A DNA stretch of 64,000 nucleotides from Octopus bimaculoides (Eukaryota), in contig NC_068997.1 of the NCBI RefSeq assembly GCF_001194135.2, positions 1,424,559-1,488,558 on the forward strand, in the 5' to 3' direction. The notes under the pieces were generated by a model. That model did not search any database. It saw nothing but the letters and a program-made list of their open reading frames with translations, and was not told the DNA's origin. Positions 24,261 to 38,274 of the stretch are shown here, piece by piece. The number at the start of each line of letters is the position of its first letter. The stretch's first letter is position 1. A program made the position numbers and the translations under genes.

Positions 24261-25611
24261 GTTTATTTCCAAGAAATGGTTTAAATATCACAAAACATAT
24301 ATAAAAAACAAAAAATACAAAAGAGGAAACGAGCTACTGGCTCCTGCTCACAAAAATAGGAACCCGTGACCGAAAGATTTATCAAGAAAGCATTCCAATT
24401 AAGATAATCGTTATTTTTTTATGGAATAGAATCCACTAAGGCCTGCCCCTTTATAGAAAGAAGGGTGTGATTTGAGGAACACGAGGCTGCTATGTCTTGC
24501 AGTTTCCTCAATGACTTGTTACTTAAAAGTGCATGTAATTTGATGCTGTATGCAGCTAATTAGTGGGTGATATATTAATGCTTTGATAATTTTAATTCAT
24601 GGTAATTATAAGCAAAATTAAAGAAACAGTCATCAGGAAAATGACTAGATGTAACACCGAAATTAAAATTTAGTGGAGAGTGATATAATGTAATGGTGTA
24701 ATGTGCTGACGATTGATAAAATAGTTTCTGTATTATGCTGGTCTCATTAGCGAGATCTATTTCTATTAGTACTTACGGATGTTAAGATGATAGAGACACT
24801 CCTACTTTGCATCATATCATTCCATTTTAATCAATCATAATGTTGGGCTTGTTTCTCCTGTCTATGTCCATAATTTAGTAATTATCCTACACTCTCCTGA
24901 TTATGAGCGTAATTGTAATTAAAATTCCTTTGTTCAATACTTGAAATATGTGAGCTCCGACTGTTTCTTTTTTTCTGCATAGATGTTAGGTGTTCTTCAT
25001 ATTTCCGATCCCACACCACCCAGTTATCATTCTAGTCATTAAGAGTTAAACAACAGCTGAACATGTGTGAACTACGATCTGAAATATCGACGGTTACATT
25101 AGCCGTATTTTACCGATGTACATACTTCTGTGGTTTATGATATGTATTTATCTTAACTTATGACAAAGTTAACACTCATAGAAATGAAAATTTGTATTGA
25201 ATTGAATTTAGTAGATGTCTAAGCTGCAACTTAATGTTTACAGCGATGGGAATTGACTAAACTGCATTGCATCTAGTATTAGGCTGTTTCGAATATAATG
25301 TCCGATTTCAGAAACAATTTTGTTCTGGAAAAATTAACAATAGAAATGTTTTGATTAGTAAAAACATGAGCTGTGGACATCTATGCATCGCAGCCATCAA
25401 TCAACGAGATTATTTATGCCTTGTTCATAAAAACCTATTGGCTTTGATGTTAAATCTTTGAAAGCTGATTTCACCTCTGGTTTGGACCTGGAAGTTTTAT
25501 CACTTAAAACGTGTTTAAATGCTTAAAAATCGTAGTCAGCGGGTGAAAGATGAGGAGAATATGGAGGATGTGGTAAAGTCTCATATGCCAAGGCTGTGAT
25601 TTTCTGCAGCA

Positions 25612-26373
25612 TCATTCTTGCAATATCTGGTTTGCACTATTGTGGAGCAGAATTGGGTCACGCCGATCCGCCAATGCGGGTCTCAATTTTTGCAAGTGAG
25701 CATGCATTCCAGAGAGTTGATTGCAGCTAACCTCTGATGTAATGCTCTGATTGGCTTCCAGAAGGTTGTAATGGACACCACCAATTGCAGACCACCAGAC
25801 AGTCACCATAATCTTTTGCTGATGCAACTTTGGATCTGGGAAATGTTTGGGAAACTCATCACGATGAAGCCAGTGACCTGATCGTTCATGATCATCATAA
25901 AGGATCCACTTTTCGTGGCAAGTGACTATTCGGTCAAGAGAAGAATCATCGGTGTTTTGCAGAAAGAGCATCGAGCACACCTCAAAACGCCTAACTTTTT
26001 GACTTTCATTGAGCTCATGCGGGACCCATTTATCAAGCTTTTTCACCTTACCAATCTTCTGCAGATTGCATGAGACCATTACAATACCGACACCAAGTGC
26101 CTGAGACATTTCTCTGACACTTTGACGTGGATTTTGTTCACGTCAACAGTTGCTTTCAATTGTTCATTGTCAAGACTGCATGACTGTCCTCTACCTTCTT
26201 CATCTTTAAGGCTCTCATCACTACTACTGAATTTCTGAAACTACCTTCGTACTGTGCAATCACTTGTGGACCCCTAAACCCCATGCTCTGTTGATATTGG
26301 CAGCAGTTTGGGCGGCATTGTGCCCAAGCTTGAACTCTTGCAAGAAAAGTAAGCGAAGGTCCTTTTTTGTCAT
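25612..26373 (-). mobile_element. Mariner transposase pseudogene (Mos1/Hsmar-like), 3'-truncated
   Basis: N-terminus MTKKDLRLLFLQEFKLGHNAAQTAANINRAWG, then KKLDKWVPHELNESQK..RIVTCHEKWILYD..KIMVTVWWS..ILLHNSA; frameshifted. Confidence 0.92.
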
Positions 26374-27962
26374 GTTCATAATTAAGGGCGCCTATGCTTC
26401 AAGAATGTCTTCTGTCTGAAATAAGTAGAAAATTATTAAAGAGCATACGTCAATTATTAAGTATGTCGAAATTCCCCTAAAATATAATTGAAATACTTTG
26501 ATAAAATTGTGTTTCAAAACACAACACGTAGAGCGGCCATTATTTTCAAAACAATCTAATAGATTCTGAAGCATTTAAAGCTAGTGGTTATAGACTTGGG
26601 AATAAATAGGCCACTAAAGTGATATCTTTACATAACTTACGTGTTTGAGCAGGAGATGAACATGAAATCTTGGAAATAGAATCCTATTTTCTTTCGACTG
26701 GATTCATTCCACCTCAAAAATAAATTGAAGAAATAAATGATACTTCCATCTCCAATTTCAATTTTCTTTTTTGAATGATTCAGTGAAGTTGTTTAAAGAA
26801 TACATAATTTTAGAAATTAATTTTAAAATTTCAGTTTCATTTCTCATATTACATTAATAAAATTTCATGTTACCACTTGTATGTGTAATTTTCTCTGATG
26901 ACTTTATATATTTTTATTACTCTCCATGAATATTTTTATAAGTGAGGACTAAGTACGGTCCATTCCAGTGAATGAATTCAATATGTTCGCATTAAAAAAT
27001 AAATTCCGTTAATGAATTTATCTTCCATGTATTTCTGTGGAGCGACTTGTTGATGATGGTTATAACACAAGTGAAATGTGAATGTGCACCAGTCAAAATT
27101 TGTCATGTAAAAAGTCTCGATTGCTGAAGAAACAGGTAATAAAACTAATCAAATTAAAATTATGCATAGAAATGATATCATTTTATTTCTTGTGTTCCAA
27201 GTAATAGAACACAAAATAGCAGGTAGAATTCTTCCCCCTCTCATCACACAAACGCACACATATCTTTTCCTCTCCTTCCCCCCCCTCTCTCTCTCTCTCA
27301 GACACATACACACGCTCTCTCGTTCACACATGCTTTCTTGTAGTCACCCATGGTTTTAATTTCTCCCATACAGTCCTCCAATCGCTTTCTTTGTTACACT
27401 CCCGCACTTTCTTATGCTCTCTTTCTTTCGCTTTCTTTCACTTTCATTTTCACTCTGAAAATTTGACGATTGCTAAGCAACGCAGAGAAGGACATTAAAA
27501 CAACTATGATTCTTCATTGATTTTTCTCTAACATCAAATACAATAATGAAGATAGTGATGAGAGTCGGTGAGTATTTGGCGAGACAGCTTGACGTAACAC
27601 TGCCACATAAAGCTATGACAATAGTTCGCTCGGTGTGGAATACTAAAGGTAGACAATATGTAGGTATGTGATACTAAAGCTAGGCAACAGTTCGCTGGGT
27701 GTATAGTTCATTTGATAGACTATATCTCACGCTAAGTTTTGAATAATCTTTTCTAGCACTATAATTGATTGCTTCATCTTGGAATAAAACTATTATACTT
27801 TTTGTTTTTATCCTACGCCATATCATCCGGTGAGTCATTTATCAAATTCTTTAACTCATTCCTTTCACATTTAGATTTTCACTTACTTCATAACAACCTA
27901 TTCCCCTCATGTCTCCTACACCTGTCTTCGGCTTTCGTTTTTCTGTAAATTTCAACTGTATC

Positions 27963-28004
<42 letters not shown>

Positions 28005-28040
28005 ACCCTCTCTCCCTCTCTGTCTGTCTGNNNNNNNNNN

Positions 28041-28111
<71 letters not shown>

Positions 28112-28179
28112 CATCATCCCTTAAATAATGGTTTTGTTTTATAGTTTCGTTTTTCAAAATTCAGATAAACAAAGTCCTT

Positions 28180-29035
28180 TTTTAATCTAAAATATACTTC
28201 CCTCATTTTCTACAATGCTCTTCCATGTATCTGGTAGATTTGCAAGACGTCTCTTCCAAAATTCATTTGTCCGAGACGAAAAATATTTCTTCAGTACTGT
28301 TCTTACCTCGTCTATAGAATTCATGCTTTTTCCGTCCAAATGATTTTGAAGACTGCGGAATAAATGATAATCAGATGGGCAATGTCCGGCAGATATGGTA
28401 GGTGGGGCATCGTTTCCCATTCAAACTGATCCATCCTTTGGAATGTCATTCTCGCTGTATGTGGCCGAGCATTATCCTGATGGAAGAACGCCTTTCGTCT
28501 TGAAACTAACGATGGTCATTCTTCTTCTTCAGCTGGTGTCGATGAATGGTTGAATGATCAAATCCAAGCTTCTCTGCTAGTTTCTGAACAGTTACGATGA
28601 GATTTTATTCCACCAGAGTTTGCAGGACGTCCTTGTCGAGCTCTACAGATCTTCCAGGACGGGGCTCATCTTCTAGGCTGTAGTTTCCAGCTCGAAATTT
28701 CTAGAACCACCGTTGTCATTGGCTTACGCTTATTGTCCGATCCCCATATACTACATTAATATTCCTCGCACTTTCCGTTGCGTTGTTACCTTTATTAAAC
28801 TCATAAAGCAGCAAAATATGCCGAATATGCTCTTTTGTCTCTTCCATTATAGTTTTGAAAAAAATTACTGTTAAAGTCGAACTGCACTCTTCAAAACTTG
28901 CACTAAGAATAAGTAGAAGGTAAAATTACTATCTATTTTTATAGTAAGTTGATGCAGGTAGTTTATTCCGTCCTCCGCCGACTTTTAGTTTATGCAATTG
29001 AGAAAAAAGACGCATTAGTTATGCGATGGCCCAAT
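28180..29035 (-). mobile_element. Mariner transposon relic, second copy/subfamily
   Basis: C-terminal PSDYHLFRSLQNHLDGK...FWKRRLANLPDTWKSIVENEG. The far end attgggccatcgcataactaatgcg is TIR-like. Confidence 0.85.
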
Positions 29036-29237
29036 GCATTGTTTTTCCCCTTGACTCACACACACACACACACACGAAGGTATCTAATCAATGAACTCGA
29101 AGTAGTTTTGAACATTTCATAGTCATGTTAATTTGATCAGTTGAGTAAGCGATTCATTTAACACTGGAACTTTGTATGGGGAATATTTAATATAATTCCT
29201 TCAACTACAATATGAGATTCTTTGCTTGTTTTACAAA

Positions 29238-29239
29238 TT

Positions 29240-29318
<79 letters not shown>

Positions 29319-29322
29319 ACTA
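29238..29322. repeat. (ACT)n-(GCT)n microsatellite
   Basis: Seen directly. Confidence 0.95.
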
Positions 29323-29760
29323 CGTATAGTCTATTATGCAAGAATTAGTTGCCTCAATGTAGTGGAAGTTTAGTGTAAGATGTGTTTGAGTAAACAGCAA
29401 TGCACAAAAACAACAAAACAAAAATAAAGCTTTAAAGAAGCTCAAATTGTTGTTTTCTTAATTTTGGCAACCTAGGCTAAATTGAATTTAAGTTTTTAGT
29501 TTAGAATCTCAGAAACTTATCTTTCTGGTGTATCTCCGTTTAATACCATTCTTGAATCGTAAATTTAAAATTTCGCACAAATATTTACGCATTCATTCAA
29601 CGCTAAATTTGTTATGTCGTATATAGTGAATATGAAATTGATTGAAGAGATTTCAACACTCTAATGTTTGCACATAAATAAATATACTTCCGAAATATTT
29701 TGAAGAAACACATATATATTCGTACAAGTATATGCATTTATATTTGTATACATTTATATT

Positions 29761-29814
<54 letters not shown>

Positions 29815-30316
29815 TATATATATATATATCTGTAAAACATCAACACAAACGAACGATAATTTCTCCTTTAGTTATCATCCCTAGACATCAATAGAAATAA
29901 AACACAACTCTTGCATGAATGCAATCAATAGAGACAGAAAATAAATTCTCCAGCGTAATAAATATATTTAGTGCTTAGATCTATAAAAACAACAAAAATC
30001 AAACAACGACAATAGTTTACATAATCGGAACTAGCTCCTCCCCCCACACAAAGCGACATCCACCACCCTAACAAGCAGTTAATGTCATATTGCAGTAATT
30101 TTGTGTTGTTAAACCCAGGTTTATTTTCATTATTATCACATTGTCACGGTTTGTGGTGGTGGGTTTTCATGGTGAACAGAGTCGGACAAAATGTCATGCA
30201 GTATTTCTTCTCACTCTATATGTTCTGGGTTCAAATCTTCTGGAGGCCAGTTATACATGTCCTACCTTTCGGCTCGATAAAGTACAACATCCGTCCCTCT
30301 TAAATATCAGACTTTG

Positions 30317-30549
30317 TGCAAGGGGGAGCTGAAAAGTTCGTAGCTTCAAGGGAATCGCGAAAGGCCTGGCTGGAGGCCTGGCTGGAGGCCCAACCTTCCG
30401 AGATCTCTTATAGGGCTTAGAAAAACGTAAGGACCGTAACAATAAGTGTGTGAATCAGAGAGGGGAGTATGTTGAATTGAAGCATAATTAACTGATCCTT
30501 CTCTATTTTCTTCTATCCAAAGTCAGGAGCTTTGCAGCACCCCTTCGCA
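30317..30549 (+). mobile_element. Mariner-derived MITE, copy 1
   Basis: TIRs aggggg.gctgaaaagttc...ctt and aagtcaggagctttgcagcacccctt. The interior retains a GLEK..KCVN.RGEYVE-like transposase 3' end. Confidence 0.75.
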
Positions 30550-31046
30550 CCTTATCTAGAAACAATTAGAAACCAGTGCGCAATGAGTGGGCAAGTTTAG
30601 TAGAGTACAAGAAAAAATACCCTGCGGTATTTAGTTACGATGTTTAAATTTTCAGTTCAAAGTCCGACGAATTTAATTCCGTATGTAAACATCCAGAGTC
30701 AATACAATAAGAAGAAATGAAGTATTAGGATAAACTTGATCGATCATTGTATTTCCTTAAATTTCTGCTCTGTTCAGAAGGATAGATACTGTGATATTTG
30801 AAACAAACATCCTTTTTAATCCTTCAGAACGAACATTCACTTGCTCTCATATATTTCGTCTTAAACACGCGTGTAAGAAGGAATAATTATATTATATGTG
30901 TGTATATATGTATGTGTGTACTCAGGGCTTCGTCTCGAGCTGAACACTGTGATCACCGCTGTTTTGACATAAGCATAAGCGTTCAAAGAAAATTCGGTAT
31001 ATGTCTCCACCTAATAAAGGTCGAGCAACATGGATTCTCTGGATGC

Positions 31047-31092
<46 letters not shown>

Positions 31093-31390
31093 TATATACA
31101 AGTGGATCAGGTACCGAAATAGTAAAGCACTAATTTCAGGTCAAAGAAATAGCAATCGTGTACAAATCAAAATTAGAGACACACGTACGTACACACCGAT
31201 GTACAAACGCATTAATATTCCAGTTAAATATACGATCACAAGTGTCTGTCTATACCACAAATCTCAAGGCTGTACCTAGGAACATACATTGCACCAATTT
31301 TACGTTAATTTCAGGTTCCGAGTAAGGTGAATAACTAATAACTATTATTCACCTCCCTCGGAACCTGCAACTAGTGTGGATCTGGAGTAT

Positions 31391-31425
<35 letters not shown>

Positions 31426-31489
31426 NNNNNNNNNNNNNNNNNNNNNNNNNNNNNNNNNNNNNNNNNNNNNNNNNNNNNNNNNNNNNNNN

Positions 31490-31527
<38 letters not shown>

Positions 31528-31699
31528 GGGTGGGTTTCATGTAAACCCTGCAGAATACTAAATTCAACAGGCAGTGAGGCTGTGGTAGAACATGAATCCC
31601 GAAGTACTGATATGTTAGATCGAGCGATAATCTGCATGGCCACTGCAAAAAAGGTCACACACAAAATAATTTTCGTTAACATCGTCTTGAATCGTATGG

Positions 31700-31930
31700 A
31701 TCATAGGCCAAGCCATCCAGTTTCTATGGAATATACGTGACCAAGACCACAACTCTGTCCTGAACGGGACGCCAGTCCATCGCAAAGTTATTCATTTGGA
31801 TCTTAGTGGACTAGTGTAACGTGGAATAATTTTTTTTACCTAAGAACGCTGTGCCCTGTCCAGTCCCAGAGTCGAAACTATTTTCTTGTGATCGTAAGTG
31901 GAACGCCCTAACCACTAGTCCACGCGCCTT
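31700..31930 (-). mobile_element. SINE family C-related copy, degenerate
   Basis: gaacgggacgccagtccatcgca...gaacgccctaaccactagtccacgcgcc; shared with 9253-9563. Confidence 0.6.
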
Positions 31931-32731
31931 CTCCCGATTGGTAAGAAGATAACATCGTATAATATTTGTTTTTTTTTTTGTCTTTCACTTTCTATCATGT
32001 TGATAATATATCTTCTTCTATTACAAACCCAGCAGCTATCTTTATTAATGAAGCTATGCTGTTGTGTACAATTAACGTGTGGGAGGATATATTCCTCCTT
32101 TACTGAAATTCTACCAAAATAAAAAAATAATAAACGATATTATTTCAAAAGCTATACGGGTTTATTTCTGATACAGATAAAAAATTACCTTCATCTAACA
32201 AAGATTCATCATTACGATAAAGTGCAGAATAGCAATCGAAGAAAACAAGCTCAAAGTTCTCTTCGTGTGATCTGAAAACTTTCCGTTATTGCTTCCCACA
32301 CAAAATAATACTAAATTTTCATGGAACAGTCCAAAACTATTATAAGATCTTCAGGGATAAACGTAATTACATGGAATATTAATACTAGTAAAATTGCGCT
32401 ATAATCGAGATTATGGAAGGATCGAAATAGTCTAAAATTCTTGAAAAATATACAAATTTTTCTTATGTGTTTTTGTCCTCATTTAATGTTACGTTAATTG
32501 TGACACCATATAGATGTCGGCTTGATTGGAATTTTATATAACGAATAGGATGTTACGTTATTTCTAATTAACTTGCAACTAGTAACTATATCGTTGATTA
32601 GGAAATAGAGTAAGATAATGAAGTGTACAGCCTAACAACGCAAGTTAAAGCAAACTGTCCATAACATATCTTATAGCAATTTACCTTCATTTCATTTACC
32701 AATCACTTTTAGTCTATGTATCTATCAATCT

Positions 32732-32824
<93 letters not shown>

Positions 32825-33740
32825 AAATGTTTTTGTGTATATAACGATAAATAAGCGAAATGTTTTCCTTAGGAAATGATTCATTGTTCGAAGTAGTAAG
32901 AATATGAACAAAATTTGTTCACAGTTAAACGCACAGTAAATAGACTTTCCTTTAAAAAAAAACCGATGAAGCACGATGAACCACATAAAAAGACAACAAT
33001 TGGCTGAGATCCGACTCTGAAGTATGTAAGATGTAGAAGATGTGGATAAGAACTCTAATTAATTTGCTTGGACTAGTAGATTAAGTTCCAACCTTATCAT
33101 AATCCTAAAAATCGCTGGCACATATCTGCTTGCGAATGGTACGAAGTCTGAAGAATACTTTCTAGATATAGCCAAGAAAAAAAAGAAAGAAAAAAAGTGG
33201 GAAAATGTGCGACAATTTCCTGTTCATTGAATTCAGTTTGGGATGTAAAGTTCGCTTGGTTTCTCATCATTAGTGGACCACCATGCTGGTAGACAAAACA
33301 TTGATAGTTTATGCTTGAATGAAACAGCAAAAAATTCTGTGAAAGCTCAACCAACAAAATACAGTTTGATTGGACATTAGCACCACAGTTGTCCCTTCTC
33401 TTATTTTATGTTATATTGATTTTTAATGGCTTGCAAGACAACCTTTTGTATAAAAGGCATATCTATATTTGATACAAACCAATCTCTTTCCAGTATTTAT
33501 CTGATCGTTTACAAATGACTGAATCATCAATTCCTACTGTTTTCAGCTAGCATTTTCAGAGCGCGCTGTGCTTGCACTGCTACCTATGTGAACTGAAAGG
33601 ACAAAGTAGGACACGTTCTTTTTATAAAAGGAGTGGTGTCTTTTGTCGATGTCTATCTATGGGAATGCATTTCTGTTTGTTAACAGAACCTCCTTCTCTC
33701 TTTGAATCTATAAATCCACATGCATGTGTGATACACGTAT

Positions 33741-33787
<47 letters not shown>

Positions 33788-34231
33788 NNNNNNNNNNNNN
33801 NNNNNNNNNNNNNNNNNNNNNNNNNNNNNNNNNNNNNNNNNNNNNNNNNNNNNNNNNNNNNNNNNNNNNNNNNNNNNNNNNNNNNNNNNNNNNNNNNNNN
33901 NNNNNNNNNNNNNNNNNNNNNNNNNNNNNNNNNNNNNNNNNNNNNNNNNNNNNNNNNNNNNTTTTGTATGATTGTGTATAGAGGAATATATTATTTTGCT
34001 TAAAAGAGTTCCAACACTGTCTGTTTTTTATGTTTTATTTATATTCCTGCAGAACTAATGTGGGGTATAGAATATGGAATATACAATATATAATATGATA
34101 TACAATATACAATATAAAATAAAATAAAATAAAAATGGATGGCAGCATGAAAGAAAGTATTGAATGTAGATGAAATATTGAGTGTTCAATATAAAGGATC
34201 AAATATATAAATATAAATATATATATATAAA

Positions 34232-34272
34232 GGCGACTCGAGTTTCAGGGCTATTTCCCTTCGTCATGGCCG
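34232..34272 (-). ncRNA. Penelope-type (type I) hammerhead ribozyme-like motif, one core deviation
   Basis: Minus strand: ggc-c-ATGACGA-AGGG-aaatag-CCCT-GAAAC-tcga-GTC-gcc. Confidence 0.5.
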
Positions 34273-34884
34273 GTATGACAGACTTTAACAGACTATATAT
34301 ATATATATATATATATAGATATATATATATAGAGAGAGAGATAAATAGATAGATATGCCATTAACTAAGAACAACGTCACAGTGTTTAGTATGTCACACA
34401 TCCGACTAATTATTTTCATCTTCATCATTCAACTGTCTCTACAATATATTACTTTCTTTCACAGTTCGATAAGTTGGTGATCATGATCCATCATTGACGC
34501 TTTTTGATCAGGATAATATGGATATTTCTTTTTAATACACACACACGCGCTCACTCGCACAAGAGCGTTCACACGCACGCACACACACGTACGCACACGC
34601 ACACACACATGCATCTGTGGATCTCCGTCAGTTACTCTTACCAACTCGTTGAATTAAGATGGGAAATTATTCTACAATTATGTGTACCTTATACCTTAAA
34701 CGTAATTCTCATCTAGAATTGATATGACGCAATCGGTGACAAGACTGCAACTTTAAATTGTACAGTTTCTCTCAGAAAGCAAGGGCCAACCCGAAGTGAT
34801 GGTAAAAGATAAAGACCTTTCGGATTGATGCCAAACATTGGTATCGTGACTACGAAAGGAACTCTTTGATAAGAGTGCTATGCT

Positions 34885-34970
34885 GCATGCATGCATGTAT
34901 CCGTCCGTCCGTCCGTCCGTCCGTCCGTCCGTCCGTCCGTCCGTCCGTCCGTCCGTCCGTCCGTCCGTCC

Positions 34971-35012
<42 letters not shown>

Positions 35013-35042
35013 ATGTCTATCTATCTATCTATCTATCTATCC
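34885..35042. repeat. Compound tetranucleotide microsatellite (CCGT)n-(CTGT)n-(CTAT)n
   Basis: Seen directly. Confidence 0.95.
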
Positions 35043-35880
35043 ATTCACACACATTCATACATATATTTGTGTCTATGTTGTATTAAGAACTACATTTGTG
35101 TTTAACAATTTTTAATAACAATTTTTCAGATTTTCTTATTGGTCTCATATTTTCATTTTATAAAATTAGCGCGCCTAAATACATAAATCTACTAAAGTGT
35201 TGAAGCTATTTGCTATTTCGCTTCCATGATTATACAGTGGCGTGTTTCTGCTCGTTTTGCGTTGGACCGCAAAGGATCATGGGACTGTTGACTTTTTTAA
35301 AATTATATCTTTCATTGCTTTATTTGAAAACATTTTAGCGGCATATTCTCTTTGAAGTTTTATTTTTAATATACAGATTGATTTGGCACATTGAAAAGAT
35401 TCGTGCTTGGAGTGGAGACAACTCTGATATGAGATAGTGTATCACTAAATAATCATTTGACTAGCAACAGCATGAAATGAAGTCATACTTGAAACAGCTG
35501 TGTGTGTAAATAACGCTTTAAATATTAGTGGGAAAAAAATGAACAAAATGTGTTTATATCTGTAGATAACATTTAATATACCGATATCAAATATCTTTGA
35601 GTTTATCTAAGACTTCAAAACAACGACGATAACACTCCCCTCACGCCCCCACATAAACACGCAAGCTCATACACAACCCACGCACACCCATTTATATATA
35701 TTTTATGATCTGTCAGGATATGTGATATAAATCGAAGAATACATTATTGGAACACTTATATTCTAGCACTGGATGTTCTGTAGGGTTTTAAGGAATTTAT
35801 TTTGTTTGTAAAAAAAATTAATGTAACGACATGTGTTCCTTATGTGGATGAAACGCTAGTTTGCTTCTGTTAATGAGTAG

Positions 35881-35988
35881 TACTCACGATAGACTAAACA
35901 CCAAGTGTTTAGTCTATCGTGGTAGACATGAGACTGTTTGGTTTACCAGTGATAGAATAAACTGTGTTTTGTCTATCACTGGTAGACA
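35881..35988. repeat. Two related hairpins in tandem
   Basis: cacgatagactaaacac-caa-gtgtttagtctatcgtg (17-bp stem) and taccagtgataga...tctatcactggta (13-bp stem). Confidence 0.85.
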
Positions 35989-36251
35989 CGAAACTTAGAT
36001 ATTGTTCATATGCGGTATCAATTCTATCATTGGCCACTCTGCCTTTCGTGCTTTTTGATTGGTCAATTAAATACCAGCAAAACATTCATTCTTTACTATG
36101 CAAAATAACCTATTTCTTGAAAATATACTCCACTTTCTTGTCAAATAAAGTCATATCAAATAAGAAGTGTTCTTATAGAAAACGGTCAGCTGTAACTGAA
36201 AATTGAAGCCGTTTACAGTTTATATTGTCTCAGGTGACGCATATGCTCATA

Positions 36252-36470
36252 TATGAGGGGTTGCTGAAAAGCTCCTGACTTTAAGGGTGTCGCGAAAAGC
36301 CTGGTTGGAAGCCCAAAGTTCCGAGTTCTTTTACAGGACTTAGAAAATTGAACAACCGCTGCAATTAGTGTATGAATCTGCGAGGGGGAATATTTAGAAT
36401 AAAATCATAATTAACTGATCCTCCTCTATATTTTTTAACCGAAGCCAGGAACCTTTCAGCACCCCCTTGT
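36252..36470 (+). mobile_element. Mariner-derived MITE, copy 2
   Basis: tatgaggggttgctgaaaagctcctgactt ... aagccaggaacctttcagcacccccttg; same interior as 30317. Confidence 0.8.
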
Positions 36471-36488
36471 GGGTGCACGATTGTGTAT

Positions 36489-36531
<43 letters not shown>

Positions 36532-36537
36532 TGTGTA

Positions 36538-36728
36538 TGAGGAGATGCTGAAAAGGACTTGTTAGAGGCCCAACCTTCAGATTTCTTTTACAGGGCTTAG
36601 AAAAACTGAACGACCGCTGCCATAAGATTGTGAATCTGAGGGGAGAACAAAATCATATTTAACTGATCCTCCTGTATTTTATGTTACCCAAATACCCAAA
36701 GCCAGAAACTTTTCAACGCCCCCTTGTA
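36538..36728 (+). mobile_element. Mariner-derived MITE, copy 3 (internally shortened)
   Basis: tatgaggagatgctgaaaagg ... aagccagaaacttttcaacgcccccttgta. Confidence 0.75.
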
Positions 36729-38274
36729 GGAGATTTGAAGTTCACCCTTTTTCTGTTCCTGGTTAAAAACGCTTTATCGGTAAAGCCAACTATCATAGGA
36801 TGACGTTTTTATATTTCAGTGGATAAAAGGTTATGTTGCTCATTATTTTCGTAGTCACCAAAACTAGTGAGAGGAGAGGGAATAAATTATTCTCAGACCT
36901 GAAAATTACTTTGGAATCATCTAAACGTTTAAATACCAACCGGGTGGTAGTCGGTAGGCTAAGTGTACTACCGTGAAAACGAAAGTGTTGACCATATCAA
37001 ATAACATTTTATTTAAAGCATACATATTTTATCCCTGTCACCTTTTGTGAACAGGCTAACACTCTCTATCACTTCAAGTTCATATACATCATTCTTTTTA
37101 GATCTTATCTGTTGCATGGTAAAGAAAAGAATTTTAACGAGACTGATTCACTCAGGAACAAAACCCATGGCACGACTTAAAACTCTTCAACTGAAAATAT
37201 ACAAATATTCGCTCTTAGAAACTATAATTCTTTGTAATTAACGAATAAATTTAGCCACACATGATACCAGAAGTCATGAGAGGTAAGTTACTTAGTAAAG
37301 GGCTAGACATCATTACTGAGGTTCACCAACTAACTTTGTTTCTCTGTCATCGAGAGTTCAGGATGGCACAGTATCGGAAGAAAACAATGAAGCTATTGCT
37401 GGTATAAAAATATAGACATGATCATGCAGTACTATGTATTTCTTTAGTCTCGATTCGATAATGGCAGAGAACAATAAATTAAGAAACACTTATTGTAATG
37501 CTTTCTAATTAAAATAATGCACTACTGCACGGCTGCAATTCGCAATATAAATGCACAGAAATGTATTCTCGTCCAGTTAAAATTTGTTTAACTATAGCTA
37601 AATTAAAATCCATAAAAAAGTGGGGTTAAAGAGTAGTCAACAACCAAACTTCCTGTAGAAGTTATTCATCGACTTTAATCTTCATAGAGATCAGTAAAAT
37701 GGCATTAATCCATCAGTCACTTTTCACTTGCTTTCTATTAATCATCCCTAATCCCAATTACATTGGAAAGTTATATTTATTCAAGTATTGGTTTAGTTGC
37801 AGTTGAGCACTATAATTTAATTATTAGTCAATTGTTACGGTTTAAGAAAATTTCTTTTCAGTTTCTCACGATTCAAAAAAATTCCTAATGGAGTGTCGTT
37901 ATACCACTATTCTACATAAAGTGAAGAAGAAGAATACACAATAGCTGTTAATCATAGATAATAAGAAAATGTGTGCTGTAATAGATGTGAAATGCAAATT
38001 TGCTGCAAATTTAAAAGAAAAAGAAAACGTGGAATATTATTGCAACTTGAAGTCCAGCATGTAAAGATTTCATACTATACAGAATTACAAGGACATGATC
38101 CTGCCAGTTACTATTGGCATCTTGAGAACTGTGATGAAAACTTTCTGAGGATATTTTTGATAGGTAGACCTTAATCTGGGAATGGATACATATGTTCTTC
38201 GTATATTTGTACACCAACGTCACTTTGATGACAATTACTACTCGCTCACTCAATAATAAAATACACAAGTCTAA

